Positions 55,871-64,000 of a DNA stretch of 64,000 nucleotides are shown piece after piece (position 1 is the stretch's first letter; each line of letters begins with the position of its first letter). This DNA is from a virus. The stretch lies in the IMG/VR virus record IMGVR_UViG_3300044631_000551, positions 1 to 64,000 of that record; one strand, 5' to 3'. Below the pieces are notes generated by a model. That model did not search any database, was not told the DNA's origin, and saw nothing but the letters and a program-made list of their open reading frames with translations. The translations under genes and the position numbers were made by a program.

Positions 55871-56096
55871 CTTTAATCTGCTCTATAAAGTGATCAATTA
55901 ACTCATTATTAAGTGCTGGAAGAATCTGTTTTGCTTGTGTGCGCGTCAGCGTTTTCTCATGTATGAGCTGAGAAAGAACTACGCTTCCGCCACAAATAGC
56001 ACCCCTGATAAAGCCAGCGGTCTTACCTTGTCGGTGCATGTACCAGCCATAGCAACCAAGAATTACCAAAATACCTGCGAATGTTATCATTTCCAT
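55836..56096 (-). CDS. Hypothetical membrane protein
   Basis: N-terminal hydrophobic helix. Confidence 0.6.
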   Translation of the reverse strand: MEMITFAGILVILGCYGWYMHRQGKTAGFIRGAICGGSVVLSQLIHEKTLTRTQAKQILPALNNELIDHFIEQIKDATVQSQKHRN

Positions 56097-56260
56097 CGAT
56101 AATCCTCTTCGTCATCAAACTCATCTTCGGTATATTCCAGCAGATGGTCGAGATCGTTAGACCTAAGTGCATTTTTGAGATTACGTTCTTTGCGCTCAGG
56201 ACGTTTTGGTTTTTTGATGTTGTCTTCCCTTTCGTGAAAAGACGTTCGTTTTATAGTCAT
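56087..56260 (-). CDS. Small charged protein (57 aa, MTIKRTSFHEREDNIKKPK...)
   Basis: Not in ORF track; ATGA overlap with the upstream gene; basic N-half and acidic tail. Confidence 0.65.
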   Translation of the reverse strand: MTIKRTSFHEREDNIKKPKRPERKERNLKNALRSNDLDHLLEYTEDEFDDEEDYRWK

Positions 56261-56730
56261 ACAGCTTGTGTCTTAGCTTCTTTTTCAGCTTTAGCATTAT
56301 CTTCTGCAACTTGCTTGGGAAACAATTGCGGATATGCCTTCCTAGCAACATGAGCCGACATCGGTTTCCACGGTGTACGATGCTCCTTCATAGCAAGGAT
56401 TAATTTTGCGTCCTCGGGATGTAATCCTTCGAGATATTGAATGAATAGTTGTTCGCGACGAATCCTAGCAACGTTGTTTCCAGGAAGGAAAAGATACATC
56501 TTCTTCCACTCTGAATACAAACGCTCTTCTAAATCAGAAGATTGTTCTTGAGTCGCTGGTTTGTAGGGAGGTTCGCCGTCTGGAAGATCCATATTGATAT
56601 CTTCGTCGAACATAACTTTAAGGACACCTTGCAGGACTACACTATCATGTTTGTGTAAGTGTTCTACTCGGGATTGTACATCGGGAAGCGCAGCAGCTTC
56701 CTCGAGAATTTGGGAGATGCGTTTCATCAT
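56257..56730 (-). CDS. Conserved hypothetical protein of T4-like phages
   Basis: LPDGEPPYK, RREQLFIQ.LEGLHPEDA motif; adjacent to rnh. Confidence 0.75.
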   Translation of the reverse strand: MMKRISQILEEAAALPDVQSRVEHLHKHDSVVLQGVLKVMFDEDINMDLPDGEPPYKPATQEQSSDLEERLYSEWKKMYLFLPGNNVARIRREQLFIQYLEGLHPEDAKLILAMKEHRTPWKPMSAHVARKAYPQLFPKQVAEDNAKAEKEAKTQAV

Positions 56731-57584
56731 TAGAATTCCGAAATGTTTTCCATTAAAAACTTTAGTTTGTGTTTGATAAAGTAGTTGAACAGTTGGTTCC
56801 TATCTTTACCTGCTTCCGAGTCATACTCTTGGATAATCCTATCCTTAATCTCATTCGGTATATTATTTAGTGAAATCAAAAGCTCGTTTCGTTTCCAGTT
56901 GCGTTGCTCTTCGTCTTTCAACTGCTCAAACGGAGTAGTCATAAAGTAGTCAAGTCGCTTCTGGGTAATGATACCCTGTCGCGTACCAGTCACAAGGCAG
57001 TCATCCTTAGACAGGATGTTCGGAATACCGTCGCTAGTATCACCACGGATAATGTGCTCGCGCAGGAACTCGTCGGCATCCGTACAGCTCAGCATGCGTT
57101 TGCGAGTAGGATCGTACTGCTCGACGTTATTATAGCATTGCAGTTGCTTGAAGTCTTTGTCACCAGAGACAATCATAATCTTTTCAGCATTACCAAACTC
57201 GACACCAAACTTGTGTACGAGAACACCGATAACGTCGTCGGCTTCAGCATTATCTACGTGAATGACGCGATACGGGAAATATGCTTTCAACTCCTCGCGG
57301 ACTTTAGCGAATGTGTCAAACACAGTTCCCCAATCCATGTCAGAAGCATCACGACTCTTGCGACGGTTGGCTTTGTAGTACGGAAACGCGCCACGACGCC
57401 AGCTGCTGGAGTCACAGGCGATAACCATATCGCCGTAGTCGGCTGCAAACTTCTTGCGAATATTACGCAATCCGTTCAGAATCATGTGGCGAAGCAGATC
57501 TTCATCTAGCTTGGCATTTTGATGAGAGCCAAGCTGAGTCATCAGATTAGCAATCATTACTTGTTGTAAGTCAATTATAAACAT
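56730..57584 (-). CDS. rnh: RNase H / 5'-3' exonuclease
   Basis: LLRHMILN, WRR..FPYYKANR, EADDVIG, SGDKDF.QL, GD.SDGIPN. Confidence 0.95.
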   Translation of the reverse strand: MFIIDLQQVMIANLMTQLGSHQNAKLDEDLLRHMILNGLRNIRKKFAADYGDMVIACDSSSWRRGAFPYYKANRRKSRDASDMDWGTVFDTFAKVREELKAYFPYRVIHVDNAEADDVIGVLVHKFGVEFGNAEKIMIVSGDKDFKQLQCYNNVEQYDPTRKRMLSCTDADEFLREHIIRGDTSDGIPNILSKDDCLVTGTRQGIITQKRLDYFMTTPFEQLKDEEQRNWKRNELLISLNNIPNEIKDRIIQEYDSEAGKDRNQLFNYFIKHKLKFLMENISEF

Positions 57585-57585
57585 T

Positions 57586-57897
57586 TTATGTTACCATTTC
57601 ATAGAAATCTTCTGCGGTGACCTGCAGTGGGTGTAGGATATTGCGTTCGCCGAGTAGCATAGAGTACATGGCTTCTCGGAACAGAATATAGTCTTTTGGG
57701 CTCACTTCTGTGGGCTTGATACCACGACTCACAAGGATCGTCCATGCAGCTTGAAGTGCAAGATCGGCGATGTCAGTGACCTCGTCATAAGCAGTAACAA
57801 AGTTGTCAACAACTTCAGAAACTTGTTTCTCGGTTTTGACTTCTTCCTGTTTAACTTTGAATCGGTCAGCAACGTCAATTACATTATTATCGCTCAT
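57586..57897 (-). CDS. Hypothetical protein
   Basis: Operon packing with ATGA overlap. Confidence 0.7.
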   Translation of the reverse strand: MSDNNVIDVADRFKVKQEEVKTEKQVSEVVDNFVTAYDEVTDIADLALQAAWTILVSRGIKPTEVSPKDYILFREAMYSMLLGERNILHPLQVTAEDFYEMVT

Positions 57898-58157
57898 AGA
57901 TATTTTGCCTTTCGTCCTCGCTTCATTGGCACGACTGGTGTGGTTTCTTCGACTTCGTCGGTCATTTCATCGCGCGGATCGCGAAAGAACAAAGGTAAAT
58001 CTGTGCCAGCATTTATCTTTACAGTGTATCCGAGATCGCGCCAGCTAACAGCGTGTTGAATAGCAGTTGTTTTATCATTATAATCTAGTTCTAAGCAATG
58101 ACCTTGTCGTGGTCGCTTGTGATAAAAGATTTGTACAGTCCAGTATTGTTTACGCAC
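57894..58157 (-). CDS. Hypothetical protein
   Basis: Operon packing, GTG start. Confidence 0.6.
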   Translation of the reverse strand: MRKQYWTVQIFYHKRPRQGHCLELDYNDKTTAIQHAVSWRDLGYTVKINAGTDLPLFFRDPRDEMTDEVEETTPVVPMKRGRKAKYL

Positions 58158-58251
58158 TTAGAAACCCCAATATAAATCCGATTATGAATGGCAAGGAAGA
58201 AATAATCATTAAAGCAATCATTATAATAAACAAAAAGATAATTCCTTTCAT
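58150..58251 (-). CDS. 33-aa hydrophobic membrane peptide (MKGIIFLFIIMIALMIISSLPFIIGFILGFLSA)
   Basis: Not in ORF track; TAATG coupling to the upstream gene; fills the gap exactly. Confidence 0.6.
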   Translation of the reverse strand: MKGIIFLFIIMIALMIISSLPFIIGFILGFLSA

Positions 58252-59336
58252 TACCATACCTTGTAAAGAATTGTGGTATCATTCATGCGACCGTTAGCAG
58301 CACGTCCTTCAGTTTTCAACTGCTTAAATTGACGTTCAGCATTGATACGAGTATCAATGTGCGGAAGGATGTCAAGCGGTTTACGAAGTTTCTTAGTGAA
58401 CGATTTGCTTTCGTCGAAGTTGATAATGCTAGTACCTTTGACAGAGAAACCACCCTCATTCGCGTAGTATAGGGAAAGGTCGCGCGTCTTACTATTGAAC
58501 GCGACCAGATACTTGGCACCGAGCAGTTTAGCTGGGTCAATAGAAGCGATACGGAACTCTGCGTTCTCTTTCTGATACTTGAGACGACCAATAATCTTTT
58601 CGACTTTCGGTGGTTTCTTAGCGCGTGGTTTACGAGCAGCAGATTTCGTAACAGCTTTAATCTGTTTGAATTGAGTATTCATGTCAGTCAGCAGTTCAAT
58701 AGTTTGCTTGACTGCTTTCCAGCTGACATGATTGTAGCCCTCGAGAAGTTGCTCGTCTTCCTTATCGCTCAGTTCGTTGAGTTCTTCTAGCAACAAAGAA
58801 TACTCAGACGACAGTTCGTCGAGGTGAAACTTAGTCGCTTTCATAGCCATCAACGTTTTATAGAAGTCGACTTTAATCTTCTCTCCCGCGAGCGAGCGCG
58901 CGATGAGATCGTCCATGAATTCAAGCATTTCACTAGGAACAGCTTTCGGCTTGACAACTTTGTTTACGATGACAGGATTACCGTCATCATCAAGTTCGGG
59001 TCGAGTAGAATCTAGGACTGTATCAATACTTTGTTTGATGGTCGCGTGATACTTCGGATCGATAGTAGATCCGTTCGTGTATAGACGCGCGAGAGATGCG
59101 GTGGTCGGAATCAGTTTCCGAACCTTACCAGACACAGTAGCAATATCATCTTTGCTATACTTGTTCTTTGTCATGTATCCTACAAGCCACTTCTTGGCGT
59201 TGTCAGGAGTCCACTGATTGTTAAACCAGTTGAGTGCACGAACAAACTCCACACCCTCTGGGTTATGGATTACAGGTTCGCCACCAATGGCGTCATATTG
59301 TTTACGCGGTTTGCGTTTCTTTTCTGGCTGAGCCAT
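58251..59336 (-). CDS. Conserved hypothetical protein of T4-like phages
   Basis: 361 aa behind an early promoter; SIDP..LLGA..L..FN.KTR, VKGTSI.NFD...S..KKLRKP, NGRMN..TIL. Confidence 0.75.
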   Translation of the reverse strand: MAQPEKKRKPRKQYDAIGGEPVIHNPEGVEFVRALNWFNNQWTPDNAKKWLVGYMTKNKYSKDDIATVSGKVRKLIPTTASLARLYTNGSTIDPKYHATIKQSIDTVLDSTRPELDDDGNPVIVNKVVKPKAVPSEMLEFMDDLIARSLAGEKIKVDFYKTLMAMKATKFHLDELSSEYSLLLEELNELSDKEDEQLLEGYNHVSWKAVKQTIELLTDMNTQFKQIKAVTKSAARKPRAKKPPKVEKIIGRLKYQKENAEFRIASIDPAKLLGAKYLVAFNSKTRDLSLYYANEGGFSVKGTSIINFDESKSFTKKLRKPLDILPHIDTRINAERQFKQLKTEGRAANGRMNDTTILYKVW

Positions 59337-59353
59337 AAATATCCTTTAGAACT

Positions 59354-59382
59354 ATTATACTACGATTTTGGTTGAAAGTAAA
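59354..59382 (-). promoter_or_regulatory. Early promoter TTTACT-N17-TATAAT
   Basis: Matches the repeated motif. Confidence 0.8.
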
Positions 59383-59383
59383 A

Positions 59384-59782
59384 TTATACAACGCTGGCAT
59401 TTTGCGTATGCTTGCATTGACGGCGAAATTGAAATCCAGCACAGGTGCACGTCCAGCGACCACTTTCGTTAGTCACGTGATATGTGTTTCCTTTGCTTCC
59501 TGGAACTTCTATATGTACGATCTTGGTTTGTTGAACGACAGGCTTCGTTGCACCCTTAATCATTTTCAGGTCAAAGACATGACGCAGATTAATGATGCGA
59601 TGACCGAATGGCATGGATTTGTCTGCGAGAGCAAACTCTGTGTTGCTAATCGGATATGGCGGATTGATAACCTTTCCGCGATAAGTTGTGAATCGGAACT
59701 CACTATCCGAGAACAGATAAGATTCCTTGAAACTAGTTGTTACCTCGACTTCCGAGGAAATCAGTGGCATACGGTCAAACAT
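59384..59782 (-). CDS. SWIM zinc-finger protein
   Basis: GSKGNTYHV.....WTCTCAGFQFRRQCKH; start reassigned to the ATG after AAGGAG. Confidence 0.8.
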   Translation of the reverse strand: MFDRMPLISSEVEVTTSFKESYLFSDSEFRFTTYRGKVINPPYPISNTEFALADKSMPFGHRIINLRHVFDLKMIKGATKPVVQQTKIVHIEVPGSKGNTYHVTNESGRWTCTCAGFQFRRQCKHTQNASVV

Positions 59783-59804
59783 AGTATTCTCCTTCCATAC
59801 AACC

Positions 59805-59832
59805 ATTATACTCCCCTGAAACCAGAAGTAAA
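59805..59832 (-). promoter_or_regulatory. Early promoter TTTACT-N16-TATAAT
   Basis: Matches the repeated motif with a 16-nt spacer. Confidence 0.7.
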
Positions 59833-59849
59833 ATAATAAACTCCTTAAA

Positions 59850-59924
59850 AATCAATAACTTAGCAAGGTATAAAAAACCCTTATAAATCAACGACTTATA
59901 AGGGTCTTAAAAATCAACGACTTA
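59850..59924 (+). repeat. Three direct repeats AATCAAyrACTTA (IHF consensus)
   Basis: 59850-59862, 59886-59898, 59912-59924. Confidence 0.75.
59872..59905 (-). terminator. Probable terminator after the cyclase gene
   Basis: ACCCTTATAA-9nt-TTATAAGGGT followed by a T tract on the minus strand. Confidence 0.6.
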
Positions 59925-59929
59925 GCGTA

Positions 59930-61957
59930 TTATTTTGAAGTCGCTCGGTAAATACCGTCCCAGCCATCTTTTCGCTTCATTCCGCTAATTCGCTCAATCA
60001 TGATATCATAGTATTCAGCCATCTTTCCATCAAAATGGAACTTTAGTTGTTCGGCTGTCGCGATCGCAAGTTTGAACTCTTGGTTGTAATAATACTCCAA
60101 GAACAATTTGTGTTTATTGATTCCAGCTCGGTCATCAGGAACGACGGTGAAAATATGTACACCCTCTGTCTTTCCTTTTACCGCAATGTAGTCCAACTCA
60201 ATAATCGGGAACTCGTCTTCAACGTATTCAGCAGTCTTCGGACCAATGATTAACTTAACACCGTAGGACTTACTTTGTCCTTCTAGTCTTGCAGCCAAGT
60301 TGACACCGTCCCCCAAACAAGTATAATCGAAACGCTGAACAGACCCCATATTACCCACAACAACAACATCAGTGTTAATGCCAAGTCCCATACCAAACGC
60401 AGGAATCCCTTCTTTGGATATTTCTTCATTAAATTTCTCCAGGTCACCTAGCATAGCTAAACCTGTACGCAAAGCATTCTTCGCGTGTTCGGCATCATCA
60501 AGAGGAGCATTCCAAAAAGCCATCTGAGCGTCGCCAATGTATTTGTCTAGCGTACCCTCGTTCTCAATAATCTTCTGTGTCATCGCAGTCATATAACGAT
60601 TCATAATTTTAGTCAGACCTTGTACGTCTTTTCCGTAGTGTTCTGAAATAGTTGTAAAGCCACGAACGTCAGTAAACATAATTGACAGCTCGCGTGATTC
60701 GCCACCTAGTTGTAGCAGGTCTGGGTTTTCCTGTAGCTTCTCAACCATCGCTGGTGACAAGTATGTACCGAACTGCTTTTTAATTTGTTGCTTGAGTAGG
60801 AAGTTCTCGAGGAACTTAGCAAATGAAGCATGAGCGAATATAACAAGCATGCCTAGAACTGGTAGCGAAGCATCAAGTAGCAGATACTCAGTTTTCCAGT
60901 AGTGATATGATGCATAACCAAACCCACCAGCAATTAGAATAACCAACGGAAGAACTAGTTTCATTGGTGCTTTATAAACAGCTAGAATAATTAACAGACC
61001 AACGAATAGAATAATAACCAGCTCAAGGAAGTCAGCGTAGTCAGGGCGAACGATTGTGTTGCCATTTAGAACTGTTTGTAATAGATTAGCCTGAACTTCA
61101 TGCGGATACATTGAGCCGACAGAAGTAGGAACTGGGTTGGCTACACCCTCAGCGGTTACACCCCAGATAAGAAACTTGCCAGCTGTATTTTCAGGTGTGA
61201 TGTCAGCAGCTGATATAGAGTCAAACTCATTCCAATAAGAAATATAGACAGAGCCATCAGCAGTTGTTTTAATTGGCTCAAACTTAGGAATGCGAACAGC
61301 TTCAACGCCAGCTTCACCGACTTTCATTTGATACGAGATATCACCAGCAGCGACGCGAATAGTTTCAAGCGCAACTGATGGATAGATTTGCTCATTAGCG
61401 CCAACGACCATTGGTAGTTTGCGGATTGTACCATCAACGTCACCGATAGTAGAGGATACACCTACACCGCTTGACGCTTCAGCTAGAATTGTTACTGGCG
61501 GTAGAATACCAGACCAGCTGTTTACATAATCAAATGGATTACCGCCGACAGTTGCGGTTCCTACGTGTGGTCCAAGACCTTCAATAGATTGGTCAGTTGG
61601 TGCTGACGAAATGATGGTGGCTCTTCGCGCGAGCGCGTCCGCGAACACTTGATCTTTACCGAAACGGTCTTCTTCTGAATAGATGACAGTAAATACGCTG
61701 ATGCTGTCTTCTGCAGTTCTATCTAAAAGATTAGCAAACTTATCGCGCGACCAAGACCACTGACCGTATTCTTTAATAGCTTTCTCGTCGATGTTGACTA
61801 ATAGCACATCGCTGGACTTAATCTGCTCGTGGCTACGTTGTAGCGAGTCAAAGTAAGTTAGTCGTGTGGCTTCAACCAAGAATGGGTCATAGAAGCGCAG
61901 GGCGACCAAGAGTCCGAGTGTAATTAATGCTAGATACCACTTTGTTAGGAATTTCAT
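59930..61957 (-). CDS. CHASE2-domain membrane class III adenylate cyclase
   Basis: LVNIDEKAI..YGQWSWSR CHASE2 start; three TM helices; FTDVRGFT, DKYIGDA.MAFW, GNMGS..RFDYT.LGD.VNLAARLE. Confidence 0.93.
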   Translation of the reverse strand: MKFLTKWYLALITLGLLVALRFYDPFLVEATRLTYFDSLQRSHEQIKSSDVLLVNIDEKAIKEYGQWSWSRDKFANLLDRTAEDSISVFTVIYSEEDRFGKDQVFADALARRATIISSAPTDQSIEGLGPHVGTATVGGNPFDYVNSWSGILPPVTILAEASSGVGVSSTIGDVDGTIRKLPMVVGANEQIYPSVALETIRVAAGDISYQMKVGEAGVEAVRIPKFEPIKTTADGSVYISYWNEFDSISAADITPENTAGKFLIWGVTAEGVANPVPTSVGSMYPHEVQANLLQTVLNGNTIVRPDYADFLELVIILFVGLLIILAVYKAPMKLVLPLVILIAGGFGYASYHYWKTEYLLLDASLPVLGMLVIFAHASFAKFLENFLLKQQIKKQFGTYLSPAMVEKLQENPDLLQLGGESRELSIMFTDVRGFTTISEHYGKDVQGLTKIMNRYMTAMTQKIIENEGTLDKYIGDAQMAFWNAPLDDAEHAKNALRTGLAMLGDLEKFNEEISKEGIPAFGMGLGINTDVVVVGNMGSVQRFDYTCLGDGVNLAARLEGQSKSYGVKLIIGPKTAEYVEDEFPIIELDYIAVKGKTEGVHIFTVVPDDRAGINKHKLFLEYYYNQEFKLAIATAEQLKFHFDGKMAEYYDIMIERISGMKRKDGWDGIYRATSK

Positions 61958-63045
61958 TTCTTCTGCCTTATAATAATTGTATTGCTGTCACCACCATTGA
62001 TGACCACATTGAACTCTTTACCATCAAGATTAAAGATAATGTTGTAAGCTGTTTTCTCATCAAGCACTAATTTAATCTTTCCGTTGTTATCCTTAGATAT
62101 AGTTATAATATCTTTATTTAATACTGTTAGCAAACCTGTCTGCGCGTCAAGTCCGATATCTGTACCTGTAATTTCAGCAGCAGTGCGAACCTCACCCAAC
62201 TTCGCTTCTTGTAACTTATCTACTTCAATCATAACTGGGATAATGTCAGCCAGATAATCTACTTCAAGATAGTTAATGTCAATATCATTAAACTCTAGCG
62301 CGTCTCTTTCTTGTTCGATTGCTAGGTAGTCTACGTCAAGTTCGTTGTAAGCAAGCGCATCTTCCTCTAGTATCATCTCATCTTCTTCCTGCTCTACTAC
62401 TTTAGGAGGATTAACAATAAGCATATTGTTGATCTGGTCTAAGGAAAGGTCGAGGATGGCTGGTTTAGTTGGAGCTGAGTCGCTCGAGAATGCAACGGTT
62501 GACTGCATAGATTTGTTTAGTACCACCGAGCCACCATTGGTAGCAACTAAGATTTCACCAGATGGTGCACCGTTCTCATCGGGGAGAAGGATTACTAAAC
62601 TACGACCCAGTTCGTCAACGGTGATTGTGAAGTCTGTACCACGAACTGCGATCTGTGATGTGGGTGTTTTAATTGATACGTTTTTCTTATCAATACGATT
62701 CATCTTTCCAGTAGCAAATCTGGCTGTCCCACTTGCGAAGTTGACAGCCAGTTTGCCTTTACTTGGATTAGGATCGTAAACGAATTCATCTATTACGACT
62801 TTACTCTGTTCGGTGACTCGAAGTATCGAGCCATCTAGGAAATCGATCTTTATACGACCATTTCCTGTTCTTACATCATCACGCATCTCGATTCCCAGCT
62901 GTAATTTAGCTGGGAGCGGAGTCTTTCTTACAACTGAACCTGTTCCCTTCAGCTCGGTGATTGAACCAATCTTAGACTCAGCAGCCAGAGGTGCCAGTGT
63001 TAGACTGATAAACACAAATGGTAGAAGGAGTTTGTGCAGTTCCAC
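61954..63045 (-). CDS. FecR-domain exported protein
   Basis: Signal peptide; D.VRTG.GR..I.FLDGS.LRV.EQS, IKTPTSQIAVRGTDF. Confidence 0.85.
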   Translation of the reverse strand: MELHKLLLPFVFISLTLAPLAAESKIGSITELKGTGSVVRKTPLPAKLQLGIEMRDDVRTGNGRIKIDFLDGSILRVTEQSKVVIDEFVYDPNPSKGKLAVNFASGTARFATGKMNRIDKKNVSIKTPTSQIAVRGTDFTITVDELGRSLVILLPDENGAPSGEILVATNGGSVVLNKSMQSTVAFSSDSAPTKPAILDLSLDQINNMLIVNPPKVVEQEEDEMILEEDALAYNELDVDYLAIEQERDALEFNDIDINYLEVDYLADIIPVMIEVDKLQEAKLGEVRTAAEITGTDIGLDAQTGLLTVLNKDIITISKDNNGKIKLVLDEKTAYNIIFNLDGKEFNVVINGGDSNTIIIRQKK

Positions 63046-63694
63046 TAGTTGTACTCTCTATGGTAATTGAGTTGGTTTCAGTTGCGCCAGCCTGTGTAAT
63101 GTTGAAGTTTGTATAATCGCCAGTGTGGTCGATGTTTACCATATGTCCAGCATACCCAGTTGCGCTTGTTGTTACGTTGTTGTAATTACCAACCATTGTA
63201 ATGGTGCTTTCAGCATTCTCTGAGTTTACAGTAGCATTGAAGTTATTGTAATCACCAGTAATGTCCCATGTGAAAATTGAACCATCAGCCACATCAGCTG
63301 TACCAACGTTCATTAGCAGAGTATTATTTCCGCCAACAATGTTGATATCATACTGCGTATCGTCTGCGCTGAATGAACCATTTGGGTTATTGTTTAGTGT
63401 TATTTCGTTATTATCGCCGTATCCCATGATTGTTGCTAGGATACCGTTGCCGTATAACCAACCATATAGCGAGTTATTATTACCAGTTTGTGTTATGGTA
63501 ATATCTTGTTGGTCGCCGTTAAAGTAAAACGGTGTTTGACCGTCATCAGAACCTATGGTGTTATTTTCACCTGTTTGTTCCATAACGATAGTTGCTTGTT
63601 GACCAACCTGATTAATATAAATCTGGTTGTCTGTAGCCTGACCTAATACTGTACCTGTCATCAAAAGCATAACAAAGAAGATGGCGTTCTTCAT
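62978..63694 (-). CDS. Curlin-like repeat exported protein
   Basis: Signal peptide; repeated I.Q.G..N / I.G..N units rich in N, G, T, D. Confidence 0.65.
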   Translation of the reverse strand: MKNAIFFVMLLMTGTVLGQATDNQIYINQVGQQATIVMEQTGENNTIGSDDGQTPFYFNGDQQDITITQTGNNNSLYGWLYGNGILATIMGYGDNNEITLNNNPNGSFSADDTQYDINIVGGNNTLLMNVGTADVADGSIFTWDITGDYNNFNATVNSENAESTITMVGNYNNVTTSATGYAGHMVNIDHTGDYTNFNITQAGATETNSITIESTTSGTAQTPSTICVYQSNTGTSGC

Positions 63695-63706
63695 TTACTT
63701 TTCCTT

Positions 63707-64000
63707 TTATTTGAATTGCCAGTATCCTTTCGCCTTACCGTCTTTGATAAGTTGTAACACTGCTTCTTCTATTGCTTTTTGCGTTGCGATGTTTACAGAC
63801 TCGTTTTGAGCTGTTCCGTTTTCAACTTCGACGAGTGCCGTTCCTGCTTCGACGAAACGAAACACATCCTGCGAGTATCCTACCGACAGAATTGTCTTAG
63901 TTGAAATAACATCTATAAGAACTTCGCCTGTCGCAACCGAAACCAAACGAAGTGAAACTGTAACTGTATCTTTAACATAGCGTTTAGATGCACCGATACC
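63707..64000 (-). CDS. csgG: CsgG-like curli secretion channel (partial, C-terminal part)
   Basis: GIGASKRYVKDTVTVSLRLVSVATGEVL..V...KTILS......VFRFV......EVE.G...NE.V..A...AIE.AV..LI..G...GYW. Confidence 0.88.
   Translation of the reverse strand, partial: GIGASKRYVKDTVTVSLRLVSVATGEVLIDVISTKTILSVGYSQDVFRFVEAGTALVEVENGTAQNESVNIATQKAIEEAVLQLIKDGKAKGYWQFK

Noticed and set aside
58091-58282. 63-aa ORF from the track
   Set aside because: Overlaps both neighbours; the coupled 33-aa ORF at 58150-58251 fits the gap better
1-64000. tRNA or rRNA genes
   Set aside because: Intergenic gaps are short and no cloverleaf or T-loop signatures were noticed; tRNAscan-SE would confirm

Overview
This window is 64 kb of a large T4-like (Tevenvirinae-style) myovirus genome, almost all on the minus strand, with a short plus-strand block at 44.1-48.7 kb. 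In order it holds: tail sheath (partial), terminase gp17/gp16, gp15/14/13, two glycosyltransferase-like genes, a cluster of fibre and adhesin genes, DUF4815/VrlC-like structural genes, baseplate gp8/7/6/25, a gp5 spike split into three genes, gp27-like/53/48, gp4/2/54/26/51/29, then gp32/59, denV-like, ClpP-like, gp33, a SleB-like hydrolase, exonuclease, PhoH and RNase H, and at the right end a CsgG / curlin-like / FecR / CHASE2-adenylate cyclase cassette. T4-type late promoters (TATAAATA), sigma70-type early promoters (TTTACT-N16/17-TATAAT), cUUCGg terminators and clustered IHF consensus sites are visible. The standout observation is in three Thr-rich virion proteins (1202 aa, 289 aa and the gp7 extension). 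Their repeats are not simple low-complexity sequence: the N- and C-terminal arms are register-exact mirror complements of each other at the amino-acid level, with aromatic residues opposite Lys/Arg/small residues and identical 4/6-residue spacing. This suggests giant, sometimes branched, antiparallel beta-hairpin stalks, encoded next to candidate glycosyltransferases. All calls come from reading the sequence by eye; no database searches were run.
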